Shown here piece by piece: positions 55,295 to 64,000 of a stretch of DNA of 64,000 nucleotides; the stretch's first letter is position 1, and every line of letters begins with the position of its first letter. The notes under the pieces are model-generated. The model ran no database searches. It was not told the origin of the DNA and worked only from the letters and a program-made list of their open reading frames with translations. The position numbers were made by a program, and so were the translations under genes. Source of the DNA: an uncultured bacterium (lineage in GTDB: Bacteria; Planctomycetota; Phycisphaerae; Phycisphaerales; UBA1924); NCBI GenBank assembly GCA_963976625.1, contig CAXBLA010000004.1, forward strand, positions 95,189 through 159,188, given 5' to 3'.

Positions 55295-56521
55295 TCAAAG
55301 CCCAGACAGATCAATATCAACGGGGTTGCCCGACACAATCGCCTCGTTGGCCGCGATCCCGACGACGGTCGCCCTCGCAGCCTCGGCGATCGAACATGCC
55401 GGCGATGTGCTGTTGGCGATGGACATCACCCAGTCTTCGAGCGCGTAGTACACCGCGGGGTGCGGGAGCCCGATGCCCTCTTTGAGCTTGCCCTGCTCGG
55501 CGAGCTTGGTCGCCCCAGCGATCAGCGTGATGCCCTCGTCGTTGTGGAACTGCTGGCGGTTTGCGTAGACCTCCCACCCTTGCGTGGGCGCGTCGGCTTC
55601 CTTGAAGAGCCAGCCGTGCGACCAACCGAGCTTGATGGCGGCGTTGGACCCGAAGAAGACCTCGTGCTTGCCGCCGTAGGAGTTGGCGAGCGTCGCGTCG
55701 TAGCCCAAAGTCGCGCCGTCCTCGAACATCAATGAGCAGGCGATGGTGTCGGCAACGCTGCGTCCGTCCTCATAGTACCGCACGCTGCCGTTGCCGACCA
55801 CGCGCGTCGGGTACTTGCCGGTGTACCAATGGAAGACATCGAACTGCTGCGTCCCCCACTCGCCGGCCAGCCCATTGGAGCGCTTTGGATCGAGCTTCCA
55901 GTTGAGCGCGGCTTTTCGCACAGGATCGTTCGAGGGTGTCACCCAGGTTGTTTTTCTGTTGTTCTGCGCACGCATCGAGATCAAATCGCGCACTGAATCC
56001 GAGCGGAAGAACCCACGGGCGAGCTGATAGACCGGGTTGGATCGCCCCTGGAGCCCGGCCGCGATCACGCCGCCGGCTGCGCGGGCCGCGTCGCTGATGG
56101 CGATGCAGTCTTCGCGGGTGTGCGCCAGCGGGCACTCGAGATACACATGCACCTTGGACTTCATGCACTCAAGGGCGACTTCTTTGTGCGTATGTGTCGG
56201 GGTCGCGATCGCCACCGCGTCGATGGTTCCTGAGCCGAGCAGTTCGGTGACCGTTGCGTACCCGGTCGCGCCCGATGCTCTGCGGAGCCCGGACTTGAGT
56301 CGGCGTTCGTCCACATCGCACACCGCGACGACGCGCACGCCCGCGATCTTGCCCAGCTCGCCGATGATCTCGCGGCCTTGTCGCCCGACGCCGATCACCC
56401 CGATGCGGAGTGGTTCGTCGCGGAGAATCCCGCCGAAGGCTTTGAGCTCGGGCACGAGGGCCATCGCGGCGAGGGCCCCGGTGGATTGGGTCAGGAAGAG
56501 GCGGCGGTCGATCTCAGTCAT
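55295..56521 (-). CDS. Gfo/Idh/MocA-family oxidoreductase, TAT signal
   Basis: MTEIDRRLFLTQSTGALAAMAL, then the Rossmann motif RIGVIGVGRQGRE. Confidence 0.8.
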   Translation of the reverse strand: MTEIDRRLFLTQSTGALAAMALVPELKAFGGILRDEPLRIGVIGVGRQGREIIGELGKIAGVRVVAVCDVDERRLKSGLRRASGATGYATVTELLGSGTIDAVAIATPTHTHKEVALECMKSKVHVYLECPLAHTREDCIAISDAARAAGGVIAAGLQGRSNPVYQLARGFFRSDSVRDLISMRAQNNRKTTWVTPSNDPVRKAALNWKLDPKRSNGLAGEWGTQQFDVFHWYTGKYPTRVVGNGSVRYYEDGRSVADTIACSLMFEDGATLGYDATLANSYGGKHEVFFGSNAAIKLGWSHGWLFKEADAPTQGWEVYANRQQFHNDEGITLIAGATKLAEQGKLKEGIGLPHPAVYYALEDWVMSIANSTSPACSIAEAARATVVGIAANEAIVSGNPVDIDLSGL

Positions 56522-56539
56522 GGGAATCCTCGATGTTAA

Positions 56540-57550
56540 TCAGTCGGTCTCTGTTAATGTATCGTCTGCATGAATCTGTGTATTTTGGCGCACCACGCTC
56601 AATATGTCGTGCATGGTTGTGGCTTGATCCAGCCCGAAGAGCACCATCGTACACGGATCGGTAGAGAACTGCTCTGCAAGCTCTGGCGAGACGGTGCAGG
56701 CGGTCGAGTACGCGTCGGCGATCGCGGCACTGTTATGCACGCAGGCCGAGCGTTGGATCTGGTTGTCAACGGGGAGACCCGATCGCGGGTCCATCACATG
56801 CCTGATGGCGCTGTCCTCGCTCATTCTTGTCTGTGACGCGCCCTCGGACACGCCCAGCCCGTGGCCGTTGAGTTGGACATCGAGCCCCTCGCCCAGACGG
56901 ACCGCCCACGGCTGGCCGTTGGGTTTGCCCCCGAGCCCGAGAGCGCTGGAGGTCCCGCCGTGGATGAACGCGTTGGCGATGCCGATCTCGTTGAGCTCGT
57001 CGGCGATCAGATCGAGCATGTGCCCCTTGGCGATCGCGCCCAGATCGAGCCGGATGCGATCGTCCGTCTTCGTGATCGTTCGGCGGCGTTCATCGAGCAC
57101 GATCGGCTGTGCGAGCGAAAGCCCGTTGAGTTCTTCCAGACATTCCTCGCGGAACCCGTGCGCATGCATCAGCGTCCCGGACGCGATGTTGAATGTGCCG
57201 CAGGTTTGCTGGCGCATCTGCTCGCAGAGGGTGAACAACTCGAAGAGTTCGTCGTCGATGGTGCGTTCAAAGCCCGCCGGATCATGGTTGATCAGTGACA
57301 CCATCGAGCCGGGTTCAAAGACGGACAATCGCCCGTGCCAATCCAGCACCAGATCGCGCAGCTCTTCGCCAATGGCCAACCCATCGCCGCGCGAAAGCCC
57401 CGGACTCGCTCCTGAAGTACCTATCCCGATCAGCAGCTCGAATCGGCACCCCATCGCATCGAATGCGTAGGGGACAAACAACTCAGCAGTGACATCGCTG
57501 GGCTCAGGCCTTGGAAGCACGCATGGTCTTGGGGTCGAATGTAAACGCAT
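56540..57550 (-). CDS. apbE: FAD:protein FMN transferase (ApbE family)
   Basis: AFDAMGCRFELLIG, DLGAIAKGHMLD, HGGTSSALG and SVSEGASQ. The start is uncertain (ATG at 57550 or GTG at 57520). The ORF's N-terminal extension to 57787 is antisense to the neighbouring gene. Confidence 0.75.
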   Translation of the reverse strand: MRLHSTPRPCVLPRPEPSDVTAELFVPYAFDAMGCRFELLIGIGTSGASPGLSRGDGLAIGEELRDLVLDWHGRLSVFEPGSMVSLINHDPAGFERTIDDELFELFTLCEQMRQQTCGTFNIASGTLMHAHGFREECLEELNGLSLAQPIVLDERRRTITKTDDRIRLDLGAIAKGHMLDLIADELNEIGIANAFIHGGTSSALGLGGKPNGQPWAVRLGEGLDVQLNGHGLGVSEGASQTRMSEDSAIRHVMDPRSGLPVDNQIQRSACVHNSAAIADAYSTACTVSPELAEQFSTDPCTMVLFGLDQATTMHDILSVVRQNTQIHADDTLTETD

Positions 57551-58856
57551 GGCCTTCCCACATGGATCGGGTCGCGAGATCGACCGCGACGAGCACCTTG
57601 GACGCGAGATCGATGTTGCTCTTGGCGGGCTGGCGGGTGCGGATGCAATCGAGCCAGTCGAGCCTGATCTGATCCTGGTCATTGCCGATGTCCTCGCACT
57701 CGATGCGCTCAGCGTCGATATCGTCAACGAACAGACGCTCGGGGCGGATCTCGCAGTGGCGTGAGTTGAGATACATGTTGGCCTCATGCCCGCGGACCAT
57801 GGTCTCGAGCCCGACCTCGTTGGCCGTGGAACCGGCGAGCACCATCGTGTGCCCGTCCTCGAACTGCACCGTCAGGTTCACCTGATCGAAGTTCTCCATG
57901 TCGTGATCGATCACATGGGCCCCCGTCGCGACGACGCGCGTGGGCCAGCCCGAATCGAGCGCGAAGATCAACGGCGTCATCACATGCACCAGCAGATCCC
58001 CGATGATCCCGGTCGAGAAATCCTTGTACCGACGCCAGCGGGCGTAGATCTTGGGGTCCCACTCGCGCGGGCCCAGGTCCCCGAGCCACGCGTCCCAGTC
58101 GAGGTTCACGCCCGGCTTCCATTCCGGGTCGATGCCGTAGTAGTTCCACTCGCCCGAGGTCGAGTTTCGGCAATAACTCGTCTGCGACCAGACCGGCTTG
58201 CCGATTCGCCCCGCCTTGATCGCGTCGCGTGCCTTGTTGTACTTGGGCAGCATGATCATCTGCGTGCCGACCTGGAAGATCTGATCGGGGTGCGCCAGCA
58301 CCGCCTTGCGGACATCCATCGCCTGCTCAAGGCGCAGGGTCATGGGCTTCTCGGTATACACATCCTTGCCCGCGGCCAGCGAGTCAATAATGTGCTGGGC
58401 GTGCCAGTGCTCGGGCGATGCGATCAGCACCGCGTGGATGTCATCGCGTTTGAGTAGCTCCCGGTAATCGCGGTAGATATCGACCTCAATACCCTGACGA
58501 TCCTGGGCGGCTTTCTGGGCGCCCATGAGCTTGGAGTCGCACACATCGGACAACGCGACGATCTTGGTGTCGGTTTTTCCTTGTTCGGCCAGCGAGATGA
58601 TCGAGTGGAGGTGCCCCCCGCCCATGCCCCCGGTGCCGATGATCGCCATGCGGATCGATTCGCCATCCATGGGCGGCTTGACCTTGGCGGCTTTGACCGT
58701 TGGGACCAAGGGCTTGTAGCTGCTGGCCGCTTCGGCGTTTCCAGCACCAAGCATCGCGACGCCCGCAACCCCTGCGATTCCAGCGGTTTGCGCGAGAAAT
58801 GATCGGCGAGAACCGTTCGCCGAGTGCGGTGCACGCGGGGCTTGTTCGTTATCCAT
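57504..58856 (-). CDS. Gfo/Idh/MocA-family oxidoreductase, TAT signal
   Basis: The ATG at 58856 gives MDNEQAPRAPHSANGSRRSFLAQTAGIAGVAGVAMLGAGNAEA, then MAIIGTGGMGGGH. Confidence 0.8.
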   Translation of the reverse strand: MDNEQAPRAPHSANGSRRSFLAQTAGIAGVAGVAMLGAGNAEAASSYKPLVPTVKAAKVKPPMDGESIRMAIIGTGGMGGGHLHSIISLAEQGKTDTKIVALSDVCDSKLMGAQKAAQDRQGIEVDIYRDYRELLKRDDIHAVLIASPEHWHAQHIIDSLAAGKDVYTEKPMTLRLEQAMDVRKAVLAHPDQIFQVGTQMIMLPKYNKARDAIKAGRIGKPVWSQTSYCRNSTSGEWNYYGIDPEWKPGVNLDWDAWLGDLGPREWDPKIYARWRRYKDFSTGIIGDLLVHVMTPLIFALDSGWPTRVVATGAHVIDHDMENFDQVNLTVQFEDGHTMVLAGSTANEVGLETMVRGHEANMYLNSRHCEIRPERLFVDDIDAERIECEDIGNDQDQIRLDWLDCIRTRQPAKSNIDLASKVLVAVDLATRSMWEGHAFTFDPKTMRASKA

Positions 58857-58953
58857 GATGGGAGCCTCCAATATCAGAACGATAATGTGTTGTATCAGCG
58901 GGGCCCAGCGTACCATGATCTCCAACGCCATGCAATCAAGAATGGAGCGATGG

Positions 58954-59808
58954 ATGGAAATCTCAACCAAACTCGGCGTCTGCTCATGGTCGCTTCAAAC
59001 CCAATCCCCTTCGGCCCTTGCCCAAGCCATCAAGCAGTGCGGATTGAATGCTACTCAACTCGCCCTCGATCCGCTCATCGATGGTGATTGGGATCTGACA
59101 GAACTGGTGGCCGTGTTCAAAGAACACCAAATCGAGTTGCTCTCGGGGATGATCACCACCATCGGCGAAGACTACTCCACGCTCGATTCCATCAAAGCCA
59201 CCGGCGGGCTCCGTCCCGATGAGCACTGGGACGAGAACCAATCGCGTGCAAAACGGGCGGCCGATATCGCTAAAGAACTTGGCATCGACCTCGTTACGCT
59301 CCACGCGGGGTTTATCCCGGCTCATGGTACCGATGAATACCACACCATCACCGATCGAATCCGCATCATCGCAGGCATATTCGGTACCCACAGAATCACA
59401 CTCGCCCTCGAAACCGGACAAGAACAATCCGACGATCTGCTTAACATGCTCAACAAGCCGAACATGTCCACAATCGGCATCAACTTCGACCCGGCCAATA
59501 TGATCCTCTACGCCATGGGCGACCCCGCCCAAGCGATCGAGCTGCTCCAAGACCGAATCGTGCAAGTGCATATGAAAGACGCCAAGAGCACCGAAAAATC
59601 CGGCACCTGGGGGGCGGAAGTCCCCGCGGGCGAGGGCGAAGTGGATTGGGCACACTTCTTTAAGACCATTGAGCAAATTGATCATCGGAACGAGCGCCAG
59701 ATCAATGTCATCATCGAACGCGAAGCCGGCGAGCAACGGATCGACGACATTATCCAGGCCCGCAAACTCGTCGAGCAATATGTACACAATCGAGTGGATC
59801 GCAAATGA
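58954..59808 (+). CDS. Xylose-isomerase-like TIM-barrel protein
   Basis: LGVCSWSL, DLVTLHAGF, LALETGQE, INFDPANM and VHMKD. Several in-frame ATGs lie at 58855-58954, so the start is uncertain. Confidence 0.7.
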   Translation: MEISTKLGVCSWSLQTQSPSALAQAIKQCGLNATQLALDPLIDGDWDLTELVAVFKEHQIELLSGMITTIGEDYSTLDSIKATGGLRPDEHWDENQSRAKRAADIAKELGIDLVTLHAGFIPAHGTDEYHTITDRIRIIAGIFGTHRITLALETGQEQSDDLLNMLNKPNMSTIGINFDPANMILYAMGDPAQAIELLQDRIVQVHMKDAKSTEKSGTWGAEVPAGEGEVDWAHFFKTIEQIDHRNERQINVIIEREAGEQRIDDIIQARKLVEQYVHNRVDRK

Positions 59809-60863
59809 CCCCATCAACAACGACTAAGATCGGGATCATCGGCTACGGATTCATGGGACGCACTCACGCCCGCGCGTACCAGGACGCCCGACGCGACGGC
59901 TCCCCCTGCCAGCTCATCGCCATCGCGGATCGAAACCACGAACACAAAGCCGCCACCGAGCCCGCGGGGAACATCGGCGCCCCCGAGATCGAGATCGAGA
60001 CGACGGGCATCGCTTTTCACAACCACGCCGACGCGATCATCCGCCACCCCGACATCGAGCTCGTCTCGATCTGCACGCACACCGAGACCCATGTCGAGCT
60101 CGCCATCGCGGCCCTCAACGCTGGCAAGCATGTGCTGCTCGAAAAACCCATCGCACTGAAGCCCAATGAGGTCGAACACCTGCTCGATGTCGCGTCCAAA
60201 GCCGATGGCCTGTGCATCCCCGCGATGTGCATGCGCTTCTGGCCCGCGTGGGCGCATATCAAGCAGACCATCGACTCCAAAGCCTTCGGCCGAGTCCGCA
60301 ACGCTTCGTTCTCGCGTTTAGGATCACGCCCGCAGTGGTCGAGCGAGTTCTACAGCGACCAATCCCGATCTGGAGGCGTCCTCCACGACCTGCATATCCA
60401 CGATACTGACTTCATTGTTCATTGCTTCGGCGTCCCTACGGCCGTCACCTGCGAAGGTGATCCAATGGCATTGACCACGCTCTACCACTACGAAGACTTC
60501 CCATCACCGATCAGCGCCCCCATCTGTGCCAGCGGTGCTTGGGATCGCCCGCCGAGCATGGGCTATCAGATGAAGTGCACGATCGTGTTTGAAGACGCCA
60601 CGCTCGACTTTGATCTCAACCGGCCCGATCAACTGATTCTCTACCAAGGCGATCAGTCAACGCCCATCGAGATCGACCCACGCACCGGCTACGACCACCA
60701 GATCCGCTGGACCCTCGATCAGATCGCCAAACAAAAAACAGGCCGATCAGCGACCGCTCCGTTTTCGACGGATCTCCCCATGCAGGACGCGCTGGTCGTC
60801 GCGCGAGTGCTGGCCGCGGAACAACTGAGCATGGAACAGAATCAAAGAATCTCAATCGTCTGA
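59805..60863 (+). CDS. Gfo/Idh/MocA-family oxidoreductase (cytoplasmic)
   Basis: KIGIIGYGFMGRTHARAY and GKHVLLEKPIAL. It has a 4-nt overlap with the upstream gene. Confidence 0.8.
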   Translation: MTPSTTTKIGIIGYGFMGRTHARAYQDARRDGSPCQLIAIADRNHEHKAATEPAGNIGAPEIEIETTGIAFHNHADAIIRHPDIELVSICTHTETHVELAIAALNAGKHVLLEKPIALKPNEVEHLLDVASKADGLCIPAMCMRFWPAWAHIKQTIDSKAFGRVRNASFSRLGSRPQWSSEFYSDQSRSGGVLHDLHIHDTDFIVHCFGVPTAVTCEGDPMALTTLYHYEDFPSPISAPICASGAWDRPPSMGYQMKCTIVFEDATLDFDLNRPDQLILYQGDQSTPIEIDPRTGYDHQIRWTLDQIAKQKTGRSATAPFSTDLPMQDALVVARVLAAEQLSMEQNQRISIV

Positions 60864-62105
60864 AACGAGCTCGGCCACAGGCTCGGCCGCCTTGTTGTTC
60901 TTGAACAACAAAACAAACACAATCAGCACCGCCAACGAGAAACCCGCCGGGTAGTTCCAGACGGACTTCCAATCAACAACCTGGGCCTCGCTCACGGTCG
61001 TAGTGAAACGCTCGACGAGCTTGCCCGAGAGTTGTGCGCCGATGAGCATCCCGAGCCCCTGCGTGATGAGCACCAAGAAGCCCTGGGCCTGGCCTCGGAT
61101 CTTCGCGCCCGAGACTTGGTCGGTGTAGATCTGCCCGGTGACGAAGAAGAAGTCGTAGCAGATGCCGTGGAGCACAATCCCGCCCAGCACCATCATCTTC
61201 ACCTGCTCGTCGGCGGCCTGCGCAAACAACCCATAGCGAGCCACCCACGCGAGCATCCCCACCGCCAACATCCACTTGACCCCGAGCCTGGCAAAGCACA
61301 GCGGCATCACGATCATGAACACCACCTCGGACATCTGCCCGTACGACATTGTTTGCCCGACCTGGTCGATCCCCATATCCTCGACGAATCGACCGGCGAA
61401 GCTGTAGTATGCCGCCAGCGGAATGCAGATCAGGAACGAGCACAGGGCGAAGACCGCAAATGAGCGGTTCTTGAGGAGCGCCAGCGCATCGATCCCGATG
61501 GCATCTCTAGCCGAGAACGCCTGCCCCTTGGCCGGCGGCGGCGTGTGCGGCAGCGTGAAGCTGTACACCCCGAGCACCAAGCCCGCACCGCCCGCGACAT
61601 AGAACATGCCCGGCGACTGATCGAAGCTCATCCACGAGATCGCAAACCCCGCAACGATCCAGCCGATTGTGCCGAACACCCGGATCAGCGGGAACTGCTT
61701 CTCGGCGTTGGTCATGTTGTGCATCGCCAGCGTGTTCGTCAGCCCCAGCGTGGGCATGTAGCACAGCATGTGCACAAGAATGATGGCAAGGAACAAGGTC
61801 GTTGATTGCTGGGCGGCGTAGGGAGCCAGCAGCAGGAGCCCGCCGCCAACAAGGTGCAGGATGCCGAGGATTTTCTCGGTCGCGAAGTACCGGTCCGCAA
61901 ACAGCCCAAGGAAGAACGGCGACGCGATGGCCGCGATCGGGCCCATCGAATATGCCCATCCGATCTCGCCCCCGGTCATGTTCGCCGCGTTCATGTACGG
62001 GCCCATCGTGACATACCACGCGCCCCAGAGGAAGAACTGCCAGAACATCATCGCCGAGAGTTGCACCCCGACGAGCCCGCCGAGTCGTTGATCCTGTTGT
62101 ACCAT
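60852..62105 (-). CDS. MFS transporter, nucleoside:H+ symporter (NupG-like) family
   Basis: [22 protein letters not shown] resembles the NupG/XapB N-terminal signature. 12 TM segments. Confidence 0.7.
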   Translation of the reverse strand: MVQQDQRLGGLVGVQLSAMMFWQFFLWGAWYVTMGPYMNAANMTGGEIGWAYSMGPIAAIASPFFLGLFADRYFATEKILGILHLVGGGLLLLAPYAAQQSTTLFLAIILVHMLCYMPTLGLTNTLAMHNMTNAEKQFPLIRVFGTIGWIVAGFAISWMSFDQSPGMFYVAGGAGLVLGVYSFTLPHTPPPAKGQAFSARDAIGIDALALLKNRSFAVFALCSFLICIPLAAYYSFAGRFVEDMGIDQVGQTMSYGQMSEVVFMIVMPLCFARLGVKWMLAVGMLAWVARYGLFAQAADEQVKMMVLGGIVLHGICYDFFFVTGQIYTDQVSGAKIRGQAQGFLVLITQGLGMLIGAQLSGKLVERFTTTVSEAQVVDWKSVWNYPAGFSLAVLIVFVLLFKNNKAAEPVAELVSDD

Positions 62106-62237
62106 GCCGGTGTATCCTCTAGTATCATTTGGTGGTCCAGAACCGGAAGACTACCAGAATCCGCCACCAGACGCCAGACCCGATGCCAGACCAGACCCCA
62201 ATCAACTGATTCACGCCAACCTCCCCCGGAGCACCCC

Positions 62238-63245
62238 ATGCCCAGACCCCTGACACTCTTCACCGGCCAGTGGGCCGACATGCCTCTGGCAGAGCTGGCC
62301 GAGAAAGCCGCCGGGTGGGGCTACGACGGGCTCGAACTCGCCTGCTGGGGAGATCACTTCCAGATCGATCGCGCCCTGAGCGAGGACGGCTACTGCCAGC
62401 AGCAGCTCGACATCCTCGCCCAGCACGGGCTTTCGTGCTACGCGATCTCGAACCATCTTGTGGGGCAAGCCGTGTCCGATCCGATCGATGAGCGCCACCG
62501 CGCGATCGTCCCCGAACGCATCTGGCTCGACGGCGACCCCGTCGGCGTGCAGCAACGAGCCGCCCAGGACATGATCGATGCCGCCAAAGCCGCCAAGCTG
62601 CTCGGCGTCGACACCGTCAACGGCTTCACCGGCTCGCCCATCTGGCACAAGCTCTACCTCTTCCCCCCCACCTTGCCCGAGGACATCGCCCAAGGCTACC
62701 AACACTTCGCCAAACAATGGAAGCCGATCCTCGATGCCTTCAGCGAGCACGGCGTACGCTTCGCGCTCGAGGTCCATCCCACCGAGATCGCCTACGACCT
62801 GATCACCTTCGAGCACGCGCTCGGTGCCCTCGACGCTCACCCGGCATTCGGGATCAACTTCGATCCATCTCACCTGATCTGGCAGGGCATCGACCCGGTC
62901 AAGCTCATCAACCGCTTCCCGGATCGGATCTTCCATGTGCACATCAAGGACGCGGCAACAACATTGGACGGCACCAACTCGATCCTCGGCGGACACTTGC
63001 AGTTCGGTGATCACCGTCGTGGGTGGGACTTCCGCTCGCCGGGTCGTGGAGAGGTTGACTTTGAATCGATCATCCGAGCCCTCAACCGGATCGATTATCG
63101 GGGGCCGTTGAGTGTCGAGTGGGAGGACAGCGCGATGCACCGCGAGCACGGAGCCGAGGAATCGGCCCAGTTCGTGCGTGGAACCGACTTCCCCTCGTCC
63201 GATCGTGCCTTCGATGCTTCGTTCGATAAGGAAGACCAGGCATGA
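62238..63245 (+). CDS. Xylose-isomerase-like TIM-barrel protein
   Basis: The ATG at 62238 gives [38 protein letters not shown], with [15 protein letters not shown] and HVHIKD. The part of the ORF upstream of 62238 is antisense to the MFS gene. Confidence 0.75.
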   Translation: MPRPLTLFTGQWADMPLAELAEKAAGWGYDGLELACWGDHFQIDRALSEDGYCQQQLDILAQHGLSCYAISNHLVGQAVSDPIDERHRAIVPERIWLDGDPVGVQQRAAQDMIDAAKAAKLLGVDTVNGFTGSPIWHKLYLFPPTLPEDIAQGYQHFAKQWKPILDAFSEHGVRFALEVHPTEIAYDLITFEHALGALDAHPAFGINFDPSHLIWQGIDPVKLINRFPDRIFHVHIKDAATTLDGTNSILGGHLQFGDHRRGWDFRSPGRGEVDFESIIRALNRIDYRGPLSVEWEDSAMHREHGAEESAQFVRGTDFPSSDRAFDASFDKEDQA

Positions 63246-64000
63246 GCGAATCAAAGCCCCCCCTCACCTACGCCATGATCGGCGGCGGCACCGGCGCCTT
63301 CATCGGCGAGGTCCACCGCCGAGCCATCGCCATCGACCAATCCGCGACTTTGGTCGCCGGTGCGCTCTCTTCGACCTCTGATCGATGCATAGAAAGCGCG
63401 AAAGACCTCGGGCTCGCTGACGACCGGGCGTACACCAGCGCCCAAGAACTTTTCGAGCGCGAAGCGACCCGAGCCGATCGCGTGGACTTCGTCGTGATCG
63501 TCACGCCCAACGACCAGCACTACCCGATCGCCAAAGCCGCCCTTGAGCACGGCTTCCATGTCGTGCTCGACAAGCCCGCGACGCACTCAAGCGCCCAGGC
63601 CCAAGAGCTCGCGGCGATCGCAAAGAAGCAAAACCTGCTCTGCGCCGTCACCTACAACTACACCGGGTACCCGATGGTCCGCCAGGCCCGGGCCATGATC
63701 GCCAACGACCAGTTCGGCCCCATCCGCAAGGTGTTCATCGAATACCACCAGGGCTGGCTCGCGTCGGATCTCGAAAGCACAGGACACAAGCAAGCTTCAT
63801 GGCGGCTCGATCCCAAACGAGCCGGGCTCGGTGGGGCGCTCGGCGATATCGGGACACACGCAGAGAACCTCGGTGCGTTCGTTACCGGGCTCGACATCGA
63901 ATCCGTCTATGCCCAGCTTAATAGCTTTGTTGATGGGCGAGCACTCGACGACGACGCCAGCGCGTTCATCCGCTACACCAACGGCGCCCACGGCGTGCTC
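63242..64000 (+). CDS. Gfo/Idh/MocA-family oxidoreductase (5' part; runs off right edge)
   Basis: My translation from the ATG at 63242 (ATGA overlap with the previous stop) gives [29 protein letters not shown]...[10 protein letters not shown]. No stop occurs before the window end. Confidence 0.75.
   Translation, partial: MSESKPPLTYAMIGGGTGAFIGEVHRRAIAIDQSATLVAGALSSTSDRCIESAKDLGLADDRAYTSAQELFEREATRADRVDFVVIVTPNDQHYPIAKAALEHGFHVVLDKPATHSSAQAQELAAIAKKQNLLCAVTYNYTGYPMVRQARAMIANDQFGPIRKVFIEYHQGWLASDLESTGHKQASWRLDPKRAGLGGALGDIGTHAENLGAFVTGLDIESVYAQLNSFVDGRALDDDASAFIRYTNGAHGVL

Noticed and set aside
57551-57787. N-terminal extensions of the ApbE ORF (to 57787) and of the TIM-barrel ORF 61806-63245 (before 62238)
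   Set aside because: The extensions overlap neighbouring genes on the other strand and are low-complexity. Family homology begins at the internal starts.
1-64000. Scan for CRISPR arrays, rRNA genes, IS-element terminal inverted repeats and toxin-antitoxin pairs
   Set aside because: I saw no regularly spaced direct repeats, no rRNA-like sequence, and no transposase ORFs outside the island recombinases. The small ORF pairs in the island (28090-29108) lack recognisable TA motifs.

Overview
This is a high-GC bacterial chromosome segment. The gene content suggests a Planctomycetota-like organism: many TAT-signal Gfo/Idh/MocA oxidoreductases paired with xylose-isomerase-like TIM-barrel proteins, prepilin-type proteins and a sulfotransferase. 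That assignment is inference only.

The left third (1-24.9 kb) is housekeeping. It holds a DUF255 thioredoxin-domain gene, rpiA, an ALDH7-type dehydrogenase, crcB, lgt, tatD, nnrD, a complete LysW amino-group-carrier operon (lysW-X-Y-Z-K), adenine deaminase, rpoZ, coaC and two tRNA-Ser genes.

At tRNA-Ser(GGA) sits a roughly 13.3 kb, visibly AT-richer integrated island (25044-38384). It is bounded by a 19-bp direct repeat of the tRNA 3' end. It carries:
- a frameshifted xis/tyrosine-integrase module
- a large serine recombinase
- a solitary Dcm-type C5-methyltransferase
- three paralogous coiled-coil/winged-helix-like proteins
- a tightly coupled four-gene minus-strand operon built around a GHKL (Bergerat-fold) ATPase, whose three partners I cannot assign to any family

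This operon is my best candidate for the undescribed system.

To the right of the island are a T2SS/type-IV-pilus-like assembly cluster, a TetR-controlled RND efflux operon, and a cluster of periplasmic oxidoreductases, TIM-barrel proteins, ApbE and a heme-c membrane protein.

A second notable signal is a Lys(AAA)-rich mini-ORF plus intrinsic terminator between a sigma70-like promoter and lysW, which looks like a possible attenuator.

Limits: start codons are approximate because the ORF track uses the longest ORFs with alternative starts. No database search, GC calculation or RNA folding was possible. Novelty claims are therefore unverified.
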